A stretch of 60,271 nt of DNA, the filler included, from Sphacelaria rigidula (lineage: Eukaryota): NCBI GenBank assembly GCA_964200075.2. It is 10 parts of 10 records of this genome, joined end to end, with 100 filler letters (N's around TTAATTAATTAA, not from the genome) between each part and the next. Parts side by side here need not be neighbours in the genome. Positions count along the whole stretch, not along the records: positions 1 to 5,938 come from CAXNAA020023338.1; positions 6,039 to 11,975 come from CAXNAA020023339.1; 8 more parts are not named here. One strand, given 5' to 3'. The notes under the pieces are model-generated. The model was not told the origin of the DNA, ran no database searches, and worked only from the letters and a program-made list of their open reading frames with translations. A program made the position numbers and the translations under genes. Below, piece by piece: positions 1 to 11,280 of the stretch (its first letter is position 1; the number at the start of each line of letters is the position of its first letter).

Positions 1-63
1 ACAGTGTTGTTTTTTTTTTTTTTTTCTTCCCCCGCCCCCCCCCCCCCCCCCCCCCCCCTTCCG

Positions 64-94
<31 letters not shown>

Positions 95-809
95 GTGGTA
101 CCATTCAGCTGATGTCTGATAGACGCCGTCAGACTCTGTACCAGATCAACTGGCAATACCAATACCTACCAGATTGTCTGCCGCTGTTCGTCTATTTTGG
201 GGGCGTGTGCCCCGAACACGTAAAGCACCTCACGCTGCTACTGTTAGCAGTTATGTGTCAATCTTTTTATGCGACTACCAGCTGTCTTTTCCCTCTCCTT
301 CTTCGATCTTTGCTCCCCTACCCACCTGTTGGCCTCCCGCTCCCTCTCTCCGCATGTCCGTACGTGAGACTGGAAGTCAAAGGTAATTTTTTGCCCCATT
401 TGATAGTGTAATCACCGTTGCGACTGCCCATGTTGACCAAGGCAACTGCTCCGGGCGCTCCCTTCACGTCTGAGACTGTCCCGAACTCTTACGGCGCGTT
501 CGTGAACCACCACAGGTTGTGGACGGCGGGCCAACAATGCTACTTCTACCTGGAACACCTTCGAACCAATGCCAACACGAAATGCGACCTTTTAGAAAAG
601 CCCCACTACTAAGAAATTAATGAGCAAAAACAAAACTTCAACTATCTATCCCGAAACACACACGCACACACACACATCGCAGCATCTTAAAAACACAACT
701 CGAACAGGAACAAAAAGTGTACTGACAATGTATAATTGAACACTTATACTCTTGCACAACCAAACTCCAAGGTCCACCACGAACCCCAAAAACTGCGTGT
801 ATTCTACAG

Positions 810-1019
810 GCTCTCTACTAGACGTAGTAGCCAAGACAGAAGTTGTCGTCCGAGGACTACATCATGAGGAAGCAGGAGATCTCGAGATCACACTCATGCA
901 TCAGGAACACTCGTGTGACCTTCTCGTCGCCCCGTCCACACCCGGCGGCAGACCCACGGGGGTTCAATTCGGGGTCCCTCCCGATCGACGTGTGATACAG
1001 GGCTTTGGTGCCAACCCTG
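810..1019 (+). CDS. Exon (5' partial gene, contig 1): proprotein-convertase P-domain-like segment
   Basis: ctacAG acceptor and G|GTAAGT donor. Translation SLLDVVAKTEVVVRGLHHEEAGDLEITLMHQ matches the P-domain pattern V-x-V-x-x-x-H...GDL-x-I-x-L. Phase 1 joins the next exon. Confidence 0.75.
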
Positions 1020-1509
1020 GTAAGTAGAGTGTCGTTCTTCGTGTTTTTGGGCTGCTAAAAAGGCATGTACGTGACAGAGAGGTTTACCCCTACGCGGCAG
1101 TAGAGGCTTACCCCTACTGTGCTACGCAGACCTCGGTTGGGCCATTTTCGTAGTTGGGTACTTTTCTGAATTTTCTCGTTTAGTATTCTTGCTTAGCACT
1201 CAAAAGTCCCAGCGTCGATAGATATTGGAAAGAAAAAAAAAAGCTCGCGCTCAGGACACAGTCCTCACTTAGTGTTGTCGGGGTGATACAGAGTAAGGAT
1301 CCCGTTTATCAGGGGGTGTTATTGACCGTAACTGACCCACAAACACAGTTTTTCGGCTCTAGCGCAGTGAAAAGGTAGAAATTCCCCACATGCCCATTTT
1401 TACTTGTTCCCGAAAATGACTGAGATTGCTTCAGTTGAGCACATGTACGCAATGGTCAGAGCATGGGGGCTTGATAGTCGCAGGACCCCCGTGAACCGGT
1501 CAGCCCGTA

Positions 1510-1620
1510 AGTCGTTCAATATTGAGTGCAAATGTGATGTCGTTTCGGGATGTGGAGCGGAACCCTAGTATTTCCTGATCCCCAAACTTTGGGATCGAGC
1601 ATTTCCTAAGATGAGCGGTG
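1510..1620 (+). repeat. Dispersed repeat, homologous to about 25243-25345
   Basis: Both copies share cgtt-aatattgag-gca...cgggatgtgga-cg-a...ccaaa--ttgggatc...gatgag in different contigs. Confidence 0.6.
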
Positions 1621-2218
1621 GCACACGAAAACACTACTGAAAATCGTCGACTACGAAAAAATTACCAAATTCCCTTATTTCAGCTGAAAACTACTTTTAC
1701 ACACACACATATATAGAGAGAGAGAGAATGGGGTTAATGTACATGGTTCAGTCGATCACAAGGCGGGGCAATCGATAGGCAATCGTTGTGTCTCAGTAAC
1801 GTGAGGGAGATGACGGTTGGGAAAAGATATCACACGAAGCACAGGAACACACCGGAGATTCATGGCTACACAGATAGCTCTCCTCAGGCATTCCGCAAAT
1901 ATTTTCTTTGGTGAATTCGGCAAGCTATAGCGGCATCTAAACGTGCGTCACGTTGCTCTCGTTCTGCTCCAGTACCCGCAGTCGTACCGCTACCGAACGA
2001 ACATGCACCCCGCTGGCTAAACACGCCAAGATGTTTCGCTTCGCACACGCTAGGATCACCCCTGTTTTAACAAGAAGATTTTCGCTGTAAGTCTGAAGAA
2101 TTCTGCCCTTCCCCCTCCACTCCCTTTTTTCACGGATCCTCTACACACGTGTGCATAATAAACGGTACATGAATATATGTGCATGTGCCACCACAATTGG
2201 CATCCTTCTACTATTCAG

Positions 2219-2310
2219 CTGCGGCATCTGGGGCGGCGATGAGACCATCCTACAGGCACAGGGGGATAGGATACGACTACGCCTTTGCGGATGCGGTCGG
2301 CGAAAATGTG
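2219..2310 (+). CDS. Exon of the contig-1 gene (linker, start of F-type lectin domain ...GENV)
   Basis: ctattcAG acceptor and GTG|GTAAGG donor. Phase 1 to 0 fits both flanking exons. Encodes AASGAAMRPSYRHRGIGYDYAFADAVGENV. Confidence 0.7.
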
Positions 2311-2778
2311 GTAAGGGTTACACTGCAGCAAGTAACGTCCCAGAGTATACTGTTTCCCCCTCTTGAACCCCCAACTGGTTATATTTGTTTCCGTTCGTGT
2401 TGGTATATGTATATACGGAGTATGTCAGAGTGGAGGGAGACCGGGTTGTTTCGCCGACGCTGAAGTGAAAAAAAAAAACGAATGAAGCCCATGCCAGTTT
2501 TCAATCGAACTGTTTTGTAATCCTCGCCCATACTGATGCCTTTTGTTTCCAATAATCCCTTCTGTTTTAAACGTGCATCCTTGCGATAACGCACGTACGA
2601 TCGATTGATGCCATTTTCGTGTACAGTATACAGCCATGTCAGCAAACTACGACAACAACAACAACAACAACAACAAAAGCAGCAGCAGCAGCAGTAACAA
2701 CAACAATAATAACAACAAACATGAAAAAAAAATCAATGACAAACCTGGCCAAATGATGAACTCATCCATCCGCGGCAG

Positions 2779-2922
2779 GCTGATCATGAGCAGGCGACGT
2801 CACGACAAAGTTCGACTCTGTTTGGGGGAGTGTCCGGTAGGGCAGTAGACGGCAAGTCCAGTCGGTTTTTCTCAGACGACTCAACGACGATGACGGCGTT
2901 AGAGACGCAGCCGTGGTGGCAG
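2779..2922 (+). CDS. Exon of the contig-1 gene: F-type lectin (fucolectin, F5/8-like) N-terminal half
   Basis: cggcAG acceptor and CAG|GTGAGG donor, 48 codons ADHEQATSRQSSTLFGGVSGRAVDGKSSRFFSDDSTTMTALETQPWWQ. Matches the ENVA...QSST..GG...RAVDG...T....PWWQV signature. Confidence 0.8.
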
Positions 2923-3424
2923 GTGAGGGGGAAAAACAGTGACGAAAGCGAGTGCACATCAGGGGTCCGTTCAATACACAGCAGCATATTTGCATCTCTC
3001 GTTTTCCCCTCACAGTTTCATTCCTTCCCCCTCGTTGTCTATTTTTCCCACGTCACTCATACTCCCTTAAAAAACCATGGGAGAAAAACCGACTCGTACC
3101 TTTGCCGGCGATCTCTTCAACAACTTACATTGACTAGTTGACTTAATTGGTTGATCGATGGTCGTGTGTTAACATCGACTGATCTTCGGAGGATCCCGCC
3201 CTGGTCATTATCCACGAGATAGAAGCACCCAAGATGAACAAAACGGAAACATCTGCTGAAGAAACCGTAAGAAAACAGATAAGTAAACAGAAAAAAAGAG
3301 TAGACTGATATATATATATATATATACACTTCTTGGGTACAGCTATCATAAGACCACGGCTGAATCCCTGGCGGGGTAAGTTAAAGTGTGACAATTATAT
3401 ATATATATATATATATTCATGTAC

Positions 3425-4018
3425 TTCCTCTGTGCCATGAGTAAAGGTCCTTATGATTGCACGGACCCTTAACGGTGTGATATTTGATTTTCGATCTTTT
3501 TCATTGCGTTCGTCGGCGTTTTTTTAGCTAAAAGCAACATTCGTTCTATAACGTGGGTGCTTGACCCATGCAGCCGCGCGGCCGAAAAAAAACAGGTCGG
3601 TCCGAAAACGGCCATTTTTCGCTCGTTTTACCCAGGGAAGCATGAGAGACCCGGGAACACAAAAAAACGCGGAAAATAGGCCAGAAGATGTGAAAATCAC
3701 GAAACCACCATTGATTTTGGACATGTCCGTGCTGTCAGCCTACGCACGCCCCATGCAACATTTTGTTAGCATGTAATTGCTAGTGCTCGACGTGAAAACG
3801 TCCAAAACCGGTCAATGATGGGGTATAAATGGATCAAACAGGTTCAAAATGGGGTATATTTCGACATAATTTTAGTGATGAGAACAAGGGGTTTTTTTCT
3901 TCATCAGCTTCGTCTGCGCTTCACCTCTCTAACGAACCCAACCATAGGATGACCGTCAACGTCGAAATACCCAAACGATTAAACGCCCAAAAGGACCTCT
4001 ACTTATGTCACAGAGGAA
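3425..4018. mobile_element. MITE / non-autonomous DNA transposon in an intron
   Basis: 28-bp imperfect TIRs ttcctctgtgccatgagtaaaggtcctt (3425-3452) and aaggacctctacttatgtcacagaggaa (3991-4018), 3 mismatches. No coding content. Confidence 0.7.
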
Positions 4019-4705
4019 TTGTATGCTCCTCCTATACTTCCTGCTTACTTCAGGAGCACCACCTATACACCTTGAAATGTAGATACTGGTATTTGAAGGG
4101 ATTCCATACCGCTGAAGCTAACGGGGTTTCCATCTGTTTGACTCTGCCTCGTGCGCACTGGATAAATTGCTGTCCAACAAAGTTTTTCATCTGAGATTGC
4201 TCCAAGGGTCCAGAAGCAGTCGCGAGGCGTTTGTTTCCAGAAATGACGTCAGCTCGGCTTGCTTGTCTCGTAATGGTGGAGGATAGGCTGAATCATATCA
4301 AGTCATCCCATGAAGTTCATCTGGAACAATGTGTGTGTGCGTATGTGACTGTGCGTGTCCGCCGTCGACGGTTTTGCAGTTGTTGCTAGAGAGAAAAGTA
4401 GGATGCCTCTACCATGGGGTCGCCATTTCCAACGGGGGTTACCGTATTCGAAAATTGATGTGTTATATTGTGTCATTCGCGGCGTGGTTGTTGTTCGCTA
4501 TTCTAGAGCAATACCGTACATCCCTGTTCGCGTCTTGTGGTGGAAGACGCCTTGCTATCGCAATTATTGCTGCTGATGTTACCGTAGACGCCATTTTATA
4601 CACCATTTTTGTTTGCATCTAAACGCTAAAAACAGAGTAATGTCTTCGAGAGGACGCGACAAGAAAACGAAAAAAAACTAACATAAGATGTATCATATGA
4701 ACCAG

Positions 4706-4871
4706 GTCACGCTGCCCGTGTCGTACACGCTGGGATACATGAGAATATTCGGGCTGGAGCAGGAGATCGTCAAGCAGGAGATACAGATCCTTACCCTCAG
4801 GAGCGAGAACGTTTTAAGCGGCAGCTTCACGCTCAACGTGAGCGACGCAGACGGCGTAAGCCAAACAACCG
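4706..4871 (+). CDS. Exon of the contig-1 gene: lectin strand followed by an 'EVQ/EIQ...GxFxL' stramenopile module (3' partial)
   Basis: aaccAG acceptor and G|GTACGT donor, phase-0 start. Encodes VTLPVSYTLGYMRIFGLEQEIVKQEIQILTLRSENVLSGSFTLNVSDADGVSQTT. Confidence 0.75.
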
Positions 4872-5938
4872 GTACGTACTACATAATATTGTACCTGTCG
4901 AACGTATCCCCTTGGCAACAAAACAACATACAGCATAACACACACTATCTTCAGAAAGTAGCAGTGTGGCAGATGATTGGTCGGTTGTCGCATATAACAG
5001 GAGAATATGGACAGTCTACAAAGCCAGAATTAGGAGCATGGCTATCATGCGGACTTACCTGGTATATGAGTCTTGCAGTATTGACAGTTATTCTCTGCCA
5101 ATTCGTTTTTTCGCACAATAAGAGGCGAAAAGCAGTGTTTCCCTTTCCATATTCCCTTGCTGGGGTTTCGCAGCGAGCGTCGATCTCGTACACAACACCC
5201 GCGACGAGGTATTCAACATGACCAGTCAGGTTGCTAGCTGAAGCTGGTCTCTCATATGAGAACACTACTCTCTACGGCAAGCAGCATGAAGGTTCCCCAC
5301 ACTATACACTCACGAACTTGTGACTGACCATCTAGAACAAGAGCACAACCTCCTCCTTCATCACATGAACCTGTCTTCCCCAATGTAGCGTTGATGCAGC
5401 GCGTATTCAGTTCGTTTCACCACAAAGCTAAATCATCGCATTTCAAGTGAACTGTAGACATGCACTCTCTGAAGGTTACGGGCGGATTTTGTTCACTTTC
5501 GCTTGACCGGCCCGTCTCTCCTATCGATTTCGAATTTTCAGAAAGTAACTGGCTGTTAACGACGGCTGTCCAGAGCATGTGCAGGTGTTTATTTTCGTCG
5601 GTGTAAAAACCCCTGGCGCTAATTGACTGCTCTTGAGAAATCCCAACGATCTGCTGCCACCAGGAACAAGAACAGGGTAATGCTCCTCTTGTAGTCTGCG
5701 ATAGCCTACTTCAGTACGTACCGATACCTAGAGCCCCCGAAGTACACGTTTTCCATCATTACCATCTCAACTGGACTTGAGTCATCCAGTCAAAGTATGA
5801 TAAGAGAAGAGACAATGAGGAGGAACTTTGCGCGAGAAGTGTAGAATGTATGGTAGAATTCGCGAGCAAAAGAGCGAAAAGCCCCACGCAGTTCAAACTT
5901 CTGATACACAACGAGTCGGATATACATTTTCTCTTCCC

Positions 5939-6038
5939 NNNNNNNNNNNNNNNNNNNNNNNNNNNNNNNNNNNNNNNNNNNNTTAATTAATTAANNNNNN
6001 NNNNNNNNNNNNNNNNNNNNNNNNNNNNNNNNNNNNNN
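5939..6038. other. Artificial contig-join spacer
   Basis: 44 N + TTAATTAATTAA (stop in all six frames) + 44 N, recurring every 6037 bp. Confidence 0.98.
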
Positions 6039-6814
6039 CCCAGTACCAACGTACCGCGCAGATATCGGAACGGCTTTGAATGTGAAGACAACAACAACAA
6101 CAACAAGTTCCACCAACGAATATGGTCTGTATGCGGTTGAGAGATATGACACCTCCGACGGTCGAAGGGACTACCAAGACGTCGCGAGAGGAAATACATC
6201 AAATGAACCGCTTCACAACCGTAATAACGCCCTGACGCCATGCACAACAAACTTTGAAAAGCCAACATACTGCAGACCCAAGCAGAAAAAGAACGCATCA
6301 TAATTCCAAGCGAAATGCAAAGAAAGAGGTATCCGTGGGACAACGTACTCTCAAACCAGGTAAAGACGGAATGCTGGCTTCTCAGAGCTTCAGAGAACGA
6401 ATTGACTCCGAAGTATACAAACTCTTAAATGAAATGAAGGCAAGATGCAGCCCCCTGGCAGATCCACAGCAGAATGACACCTGCCTGCAGCGAACGGATC
6501 TAAAATGTGATATTGTTGTGGCACGAGAATCGCAAAAAAGGAGGACACTTTTGATTTTCGTCCGACGACTGAGTCGGGTCTAACTCATGCCCGTTCTGCT
6601 GAATTGGTCGTAACGACTCGACTCACCCTCACCCATATGTTTCCGAATCAGTCGTATGGCTCGAACTAAGCACTCTCACGTTTTCTGGATAAATCGTGCC
6701 GACTGGACCTGGCACAGCCACCACCTCTTTCAGCGAAATAGTCGTGGTACGACTTGAACTCGGCTCGGCCCCTTGTTTCGAGATTCTTCTGACGTCTATG
6801 GGTCACAGTTATGC

Positions 6815-7180
6815 GAACCCAACATGCTAGACGAGATGGGTCAGCCAACAATGGGTGGTTTTCTCGCTCAGGCGACGCACGGCGCGTCATTAGGAGTCAG
6901 ACGCTGATATTTTGACAGCAGTTTTTTTATTACCGACATGCAGAACATCACGTGAGCAGCAAAAAACAACAAAATCAGAAAGTTATGGGGATTCGAAATT
7001 CCAGCAAAACAAAATAATGTCATAAGTCCAGCAAAAAAATGAGAATCTGCAGCTGCTCACGGGACGTATCATTCCCTTGGGTGCAGAAGATCTTCGTGAA
7101 CTTTCGGCTCAAGAGCCGTCGACTTGGGCCGTGCGTGCAACGTTTTGCGTTTCGCTGCTGCAGCCCACTAATACCCAGTG
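6815..7180 (+). repeat. Dispersed repeat, copy 1 of a family also at about 42650-43170 (-) and 52480-52910 (+)
   Basis: For example ttttctcgctcaggcgacgcac and cttgggtgcagaagatcttcgtgaa are near reverse complements of sequence at 43105-43128 and 42910-42934. Confidence 0.75.
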
Positions 7181-7399
7181 CCGGGTGATTGCTGACGTGA
7201 ACCCACCGCACAAAAAAAAGACACTTTAACACACTGTCGCCCAACCATATGAGGCGCAAATCGGACAGCGACGCAGTCCTTTGTCATCAGGTGAGTCTGC
7301 AGTTCACAGTGATATGCTTACATTGGGTTCTTTCGGGGAATTGGGAAAGCCGTGGTGTGAGCAACTTTTAGCCTCCATGAAGCTAGCCCAGCTCGGATG

Positions 7400-8560
7400 G
7401 TTTTGCCTAAAACCAGCCAGACCCACGGGTGTTGTTCGTAGGAAACTTGTAGCCACGAGTAAGGTTCCTCGGGCGACGGCGAGCCCGCTCTTCGAAACGT
7501 CTCGAACTGACCATACGCGTATTACGCCTGAGATGACATGGGGTTCTAACCAGATCGTGAACGTAGCATGAAATATGACTGAGGTTCATCATTCGCTCAA
7601 ACCTGATCTTCTTTCAATGTAGTATGCGGTTTGCTGTCAACACTGTTGTGCGCTCCACGCTCAAGGCCGACATCCTACCCGGGGATATCAGCTTGAGTGA
7701 CAAGATAGTACAGAAAGCGTCCAAGGCGTGAACGGGTATTTCATGACCGAAACTGTTGAGTCATGAATGGTCGACTACTTTTGGAGAGCTGGAGGTATAG
7801 TTTTGTGCTACCTAGACGACGACAATATGATCACAATCTACATGGGATTCATCCCACAATGGCTCAGGACTCTATTCGAGTCACTTCTCTCCTGGCTCGG
7901 CGAAGTTTTGCTGAACGAACACCCCGTCTCCCCTAGACAGCGACCCTCCAGCAGGTGGACTGAGTTGGACTATTCCACATTTGGGGTTCAGAACAGCCCT
8001 TCTATCGCTATACAAAGAGCGTATTTTTCGTCATCACGTGGGTGCTACAAATCTACTGTATAAAGAAAACGATCCAGAGAAACCCTGACCGGTTTTGACT
8101 GTGCAGTCAAGAGCGTACAGAGTTGGTATGTGTGCGGTATGTCTCCGCTGGATACAAAGACAAGGAGGAGTCAGTATGACATTGCTCTTCACTGAACACA
8201 ATTTACTGCATACTGCCGATGTCTCTGCTAAATACTCCACAAGAACACTACAGACGGTGTGAAGCTATGCTGGCAACGCGTGAGACGTCAGGCAGGCGGC
8301 ACAGACCTCGAGCAGAGTTCAAAACAAGTCACGTGTACCCATGAAAGCTATGGTTGAATCGTCATACCCAAAATGAAACATACCCGTAGACAGCAGGTAG
8401 TCGACCTGTAGGGAGACTACTTGCTCATTTTGACGGTCGTGATTGGTCAGAATGGTCATTCCACGCCTCTCGGGCCTTGTTCCTGGCTTACTGTAGACTC
8501 TTCCGCGGGAACCTTCCATACGCACATGGTTGACTTGGTGAGCTTTTCGGCTGCTCTACG
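7400..8560 (+). pseudogene. Highly degenerate reverse-transcriptase/pol relic, DIRS-like
   Basis: Ordered fragments SPLFETSR...RI...N (RT start), MVDYFWRAGGIVLCYLDD (YLDD near 7809-7820), LLSWLG..LN..P.QR and DWSEW...F...HMVDL. Many stops and frameshifts. Confidence 0.45.
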
Positions 8561-8898
8561 GACAGACAACCCCCCAAGTCACTGGAAAATCCCGAGTGTC
8601 TTGGGACATTCAGCCTGTGGAACTGTTCCCACGCGACCCTCGCTATTGAAGGATTAGATAACCTGATCAGGATTTCCTCTTGGGTTCTCATTCCCACTCA
8701 CACGCTAGAACCTTCATCTGGCTGAAACGCAGTTACGTCAGGACCCTCATTGATCTCACAAGCTGTTTCGCATGAATATAAGAGAAACGCCATGCTGACG
8801 TTTTGTCACTTGGGGTCGTGGACAACACACGCAAGACGCACCGAGACACTTTCCGAGTAACCTGAGCAACGGCACCCGTACAAGCAAGGGTGTGTCAC

Positions 8899-11280
8899 CT
8901 ACCAGGTATCGGACGTCCGAGGAGCAGGACTAGAAATTCCAAGCTCTAACTTAATGTTGGCATCCTGCCCTGTCCCTTCAAAAGCCACATCATCATATGT
9001 GCCCACGTGTCCAGGTACCACAGCCGGCGAACCACAGAGCCGCCCCGTGCTCGCGATGCCGCTGTTGATGACGCCATTGCTACCACGGTTTCTGCTTTCA
9101 TTTCTCGAAAGGGCGACCTGCTCGCGACACTCCCTCAAGCCATCGCCGTCACTTTCCCCAGTGGGGACTGTCAGTTCTATTTTCATTGCTGCTCCTGCTC
9201 TTACTCCCGAAAACAAACCAGCAGTCGTCGAGGGTGGGTATCTCGAGAGCAAAGGTGGGTTTCCTGAAAACAACGGTGTTCTTACACTCTGCCTGGCACC
9301 AGTGCACACCCTGCGGCAAGTACCAACACTGTCGTTTGCAACAGAACCCGGTACTACTGCGCGCTTCCGCTTTACTTCGCGTGAGTTAGCAACGCTTTCT
9401 CCACCACCCTCCGTCGCACTACGGCCGATGCAGCCCTCCGCGGTGTTGACCTTCGTTGCGTCCGATGCCATAGCTGTGCTGTGTTCAATAGCATGCTGTC
9501 GGGAAAACTTTGCTTCAGCAACGTCGGGCTTTTTGTCGAGAGCTGATGTGGATCTTTCCTGCACCTCTTCCTCCTCACCTTCGCCATTCCCGCCCTGGCA
9601 TGCTTGAAACAGGACTCCGCCTTTCTGCTTCCTGCCACACCTTACGACGGATGCGGCATCCCTGGAGCAGCCCTCGTCGCCGCACTCCTTCCTCCTGACA
9701 CTCATCATTCCAACCCTGGCATGCTTGGCACAGAACTCCGCCTTTGTGCTTCCCGCTACACCATACGACGGATTCTTGGAGCAGTTCCTTTGACCGCACT
9801 TCTTGTCCCTCACGTTCACCATTCCTGCCCTGGCATGTTTGGGGCAGAACTCCGCCTTCGTGCTTCCCGCTACACCATACGACGGACGCGTGGAGCATCC
9901 CTCGCCGCCGCACTTCTTGTGTACCACATCCACCATTCCCTTCTTGGCGTGCTTAATGCAAAACGCCGCCCCCGTGCTTCCCACCACACCATACGTCGGC
10001 AGCGTGGAGCAGCCCTCGTTGCCGCAAATTCTGTCTACCACATTCACCATCCCCGCACTGGCATGCTTCGGGCAGAACTCCGCCTTCTTGCTTCCTGCTA
10101 CCCCATACGACGGACGCGTAGAGCAGCCCTCGTAGCCGCACACCCTTGCCCTCAAGTTCACCATTCCCACCCTAGCATGTTTGGAGCAAAACTCAACATT
10201 TTTGCTTCCCGCCACACCGTATGATGCACACGTCGAGCAGCCCCCGTAGCTGCACCTCCTGGTCTTCACGCTTACCATCCCCGCCCTAGCATGCGTGGAG
10301 CAGTAGTCAGCCTTCTTGCTTCCCGCCACACCAAAGGACGGCAACGTGGAGCAGCCCTCGTAGACGCATTTCTTGTCCCTCACGTTCACCATTCCCACCC
10401 TGGCATGCTTGGGGCAAAACTCCGCTTTCTTGCTTCCCACCGCACCATAAGTCGCATTTGTGTGGCAGCCCTCGTGGCCGCACTTCCTCTTCGTCACATT
10501 CTCCATTCCCACCCTGGCATGCTTGGGGCAAAACACAGCTTTCTTGCTTCCCGCTGCACCATACGATGCATGTGTGGAGCAGCTCTCGTAGCCGCAGTTG
10601 TTTACGTGCATCATTCCCGCCCTAGCATGCTTGGAGCAGAACTCTGCCTTTTCGCTTCCCGCTGCACCGAAGGACCGAGACATGGAGCAGCCCTTGTATC
10701 CGCACTTGTTCTTCACTTTCACCATCCCCGCCCTGGCATGCTTGGAGCACAACTCCCTCTTTTTGCTTCCCGCTACACCAAAGGAAGGCAACGTGAAGCA
10801 GCCCTCGTAACCGCACATTTTTTTCTTCACATTTATCATTCCCGTCCTGGCATGCTTGGAGCAGAACTTCGCCTTTTTGCTTCCCGCTACACCAAAGGAC
10901 GGGAACTTGAAGCAGCCCTCGTCGCTGCACTTCTTGTTCAGATTCACCATTCCTGCCCAAGCATGCTTGGAGCAGAACTCCGTCTTTTTGCTTCCCGCTA
11001 CACCAAAGGAAGGTAACGTGAAGCAGCCCTCGTAACCGCACATCTTCTTTTTCACATTTATCATTCCCGTCCTGGCATGCTTAGAGCAGAACTCCGCCTT
11101 CTTGCTTCCCGCTAAACCAAAGGACGGCCTCTTGAAGCAGTCCTCATCACCGCATGTTCGTCTGACCAAATCTGCCATTCCCGTCCTGGCGTGCTTGGAG
11201 CAGGCCTCCGTCTTGAAAGCCCTGCAAACCGTGGGATGGCCGCTTGGAGCAGCCCTTATTGATACGCTTCCTCCCCACAA
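8899..11280 (-). CDS. EsV-1-7 cysteine-rich repeat protein, intronless (first in-frame ATG at about 11178)
   Basis: 13 complete ~37-38 aa repeats C-x4-C-x3-(P/A)S(F/Y)G-x-AGSKKAEFCxKHAxxGM-x-NV, further degenerate units, and a ~200 aa low-complexity C-terminus. Confidence 0.9.
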   Translation of the reverse strand: MWGGSVSIRAAPSGHPTVCRAFKTEACSKHARTGMADLVRRTCGDEDCFKRPSFGLAGSKKAEFCSKHARTGMINVKKKMCGYEGCFTLPSFGVAGSKKTEFCSKHAWAGMVNLNKKCSDEGCFKFPSFGVAGSKKAKFCSKHARTGMINVKKKMCGYEGCFTLPSFGVAGSKKRELCSKHARAGMVKVKNKCGYKGCSMSRSFGAAGSEKAEFCSKHARAGMMHVNNCGYESCSTHASYGAAGSKKAVFCPKHARVGMENVTKRKCGHEGCHTNATYGAVGSKKAEFCPKHARVGMVNVRDKKCVYEGCSTLPSFGVAGSKKADYCSTHARAGMVSVKTRRCSYGGCSTCASYGVAGSKNVEFCSKHARVGMVNLRARVCGYEGCSTRPSYGVAGSKKAEFCPKHASAGMVNVVDRICGNEGCSTLPTYGVVGSTGAAFCIKHAKKGMVDVVHKKCGGEGCSTRPSYGVAGSTKAEFCPKHARAGMVNVRDKKCGQRNCSKNPSYGVAGSTKAEFCAKHARVGMMSVRRKECGDEGCSRDAASVVRCGRKQKGGVLFQACQGGNGEGEEEEVQERSTSALDKKPDVAEAKFSRQHAIEHSTAMASDATKVNTAEGCIGRSATEGGGESVANSREVKRKRAVVPGSVANDSVGTCRRVCTGARQSVRTPLFSGNPPLLSRYPPSTTAGLFSGVRAGAAMKIELTVPTGESDGDGLRECREQVALSRNESRNRGSNGVINSGIASTGRLCGSPAVVPGHVGTYDDVAFEGTGQDANIKLELGISSPAPRTSDTW

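Noticed and set aside
4..411. Pro-rich 135-aa ORF and similar poly-Pro ORFs near 16650, 40890 and 48120
   Set aside because: They derive from poly-C/poly-T runs, mostly at contig ends or gaps; low-complexity and error-prone.
8954..11041. Many overlapping ORFs (8954-9607, 9604-10224, 10291-11016, etc.)
   Set aside because: Antisense or alternate-frame shadows of the EsV-1-7 repeat ORF.
9560..11230. ~114-bp periodic repeats as a CRISPR-like array
   Set aside because: These are coding repeats with codon-position variation and no unique spacers or cas genes.
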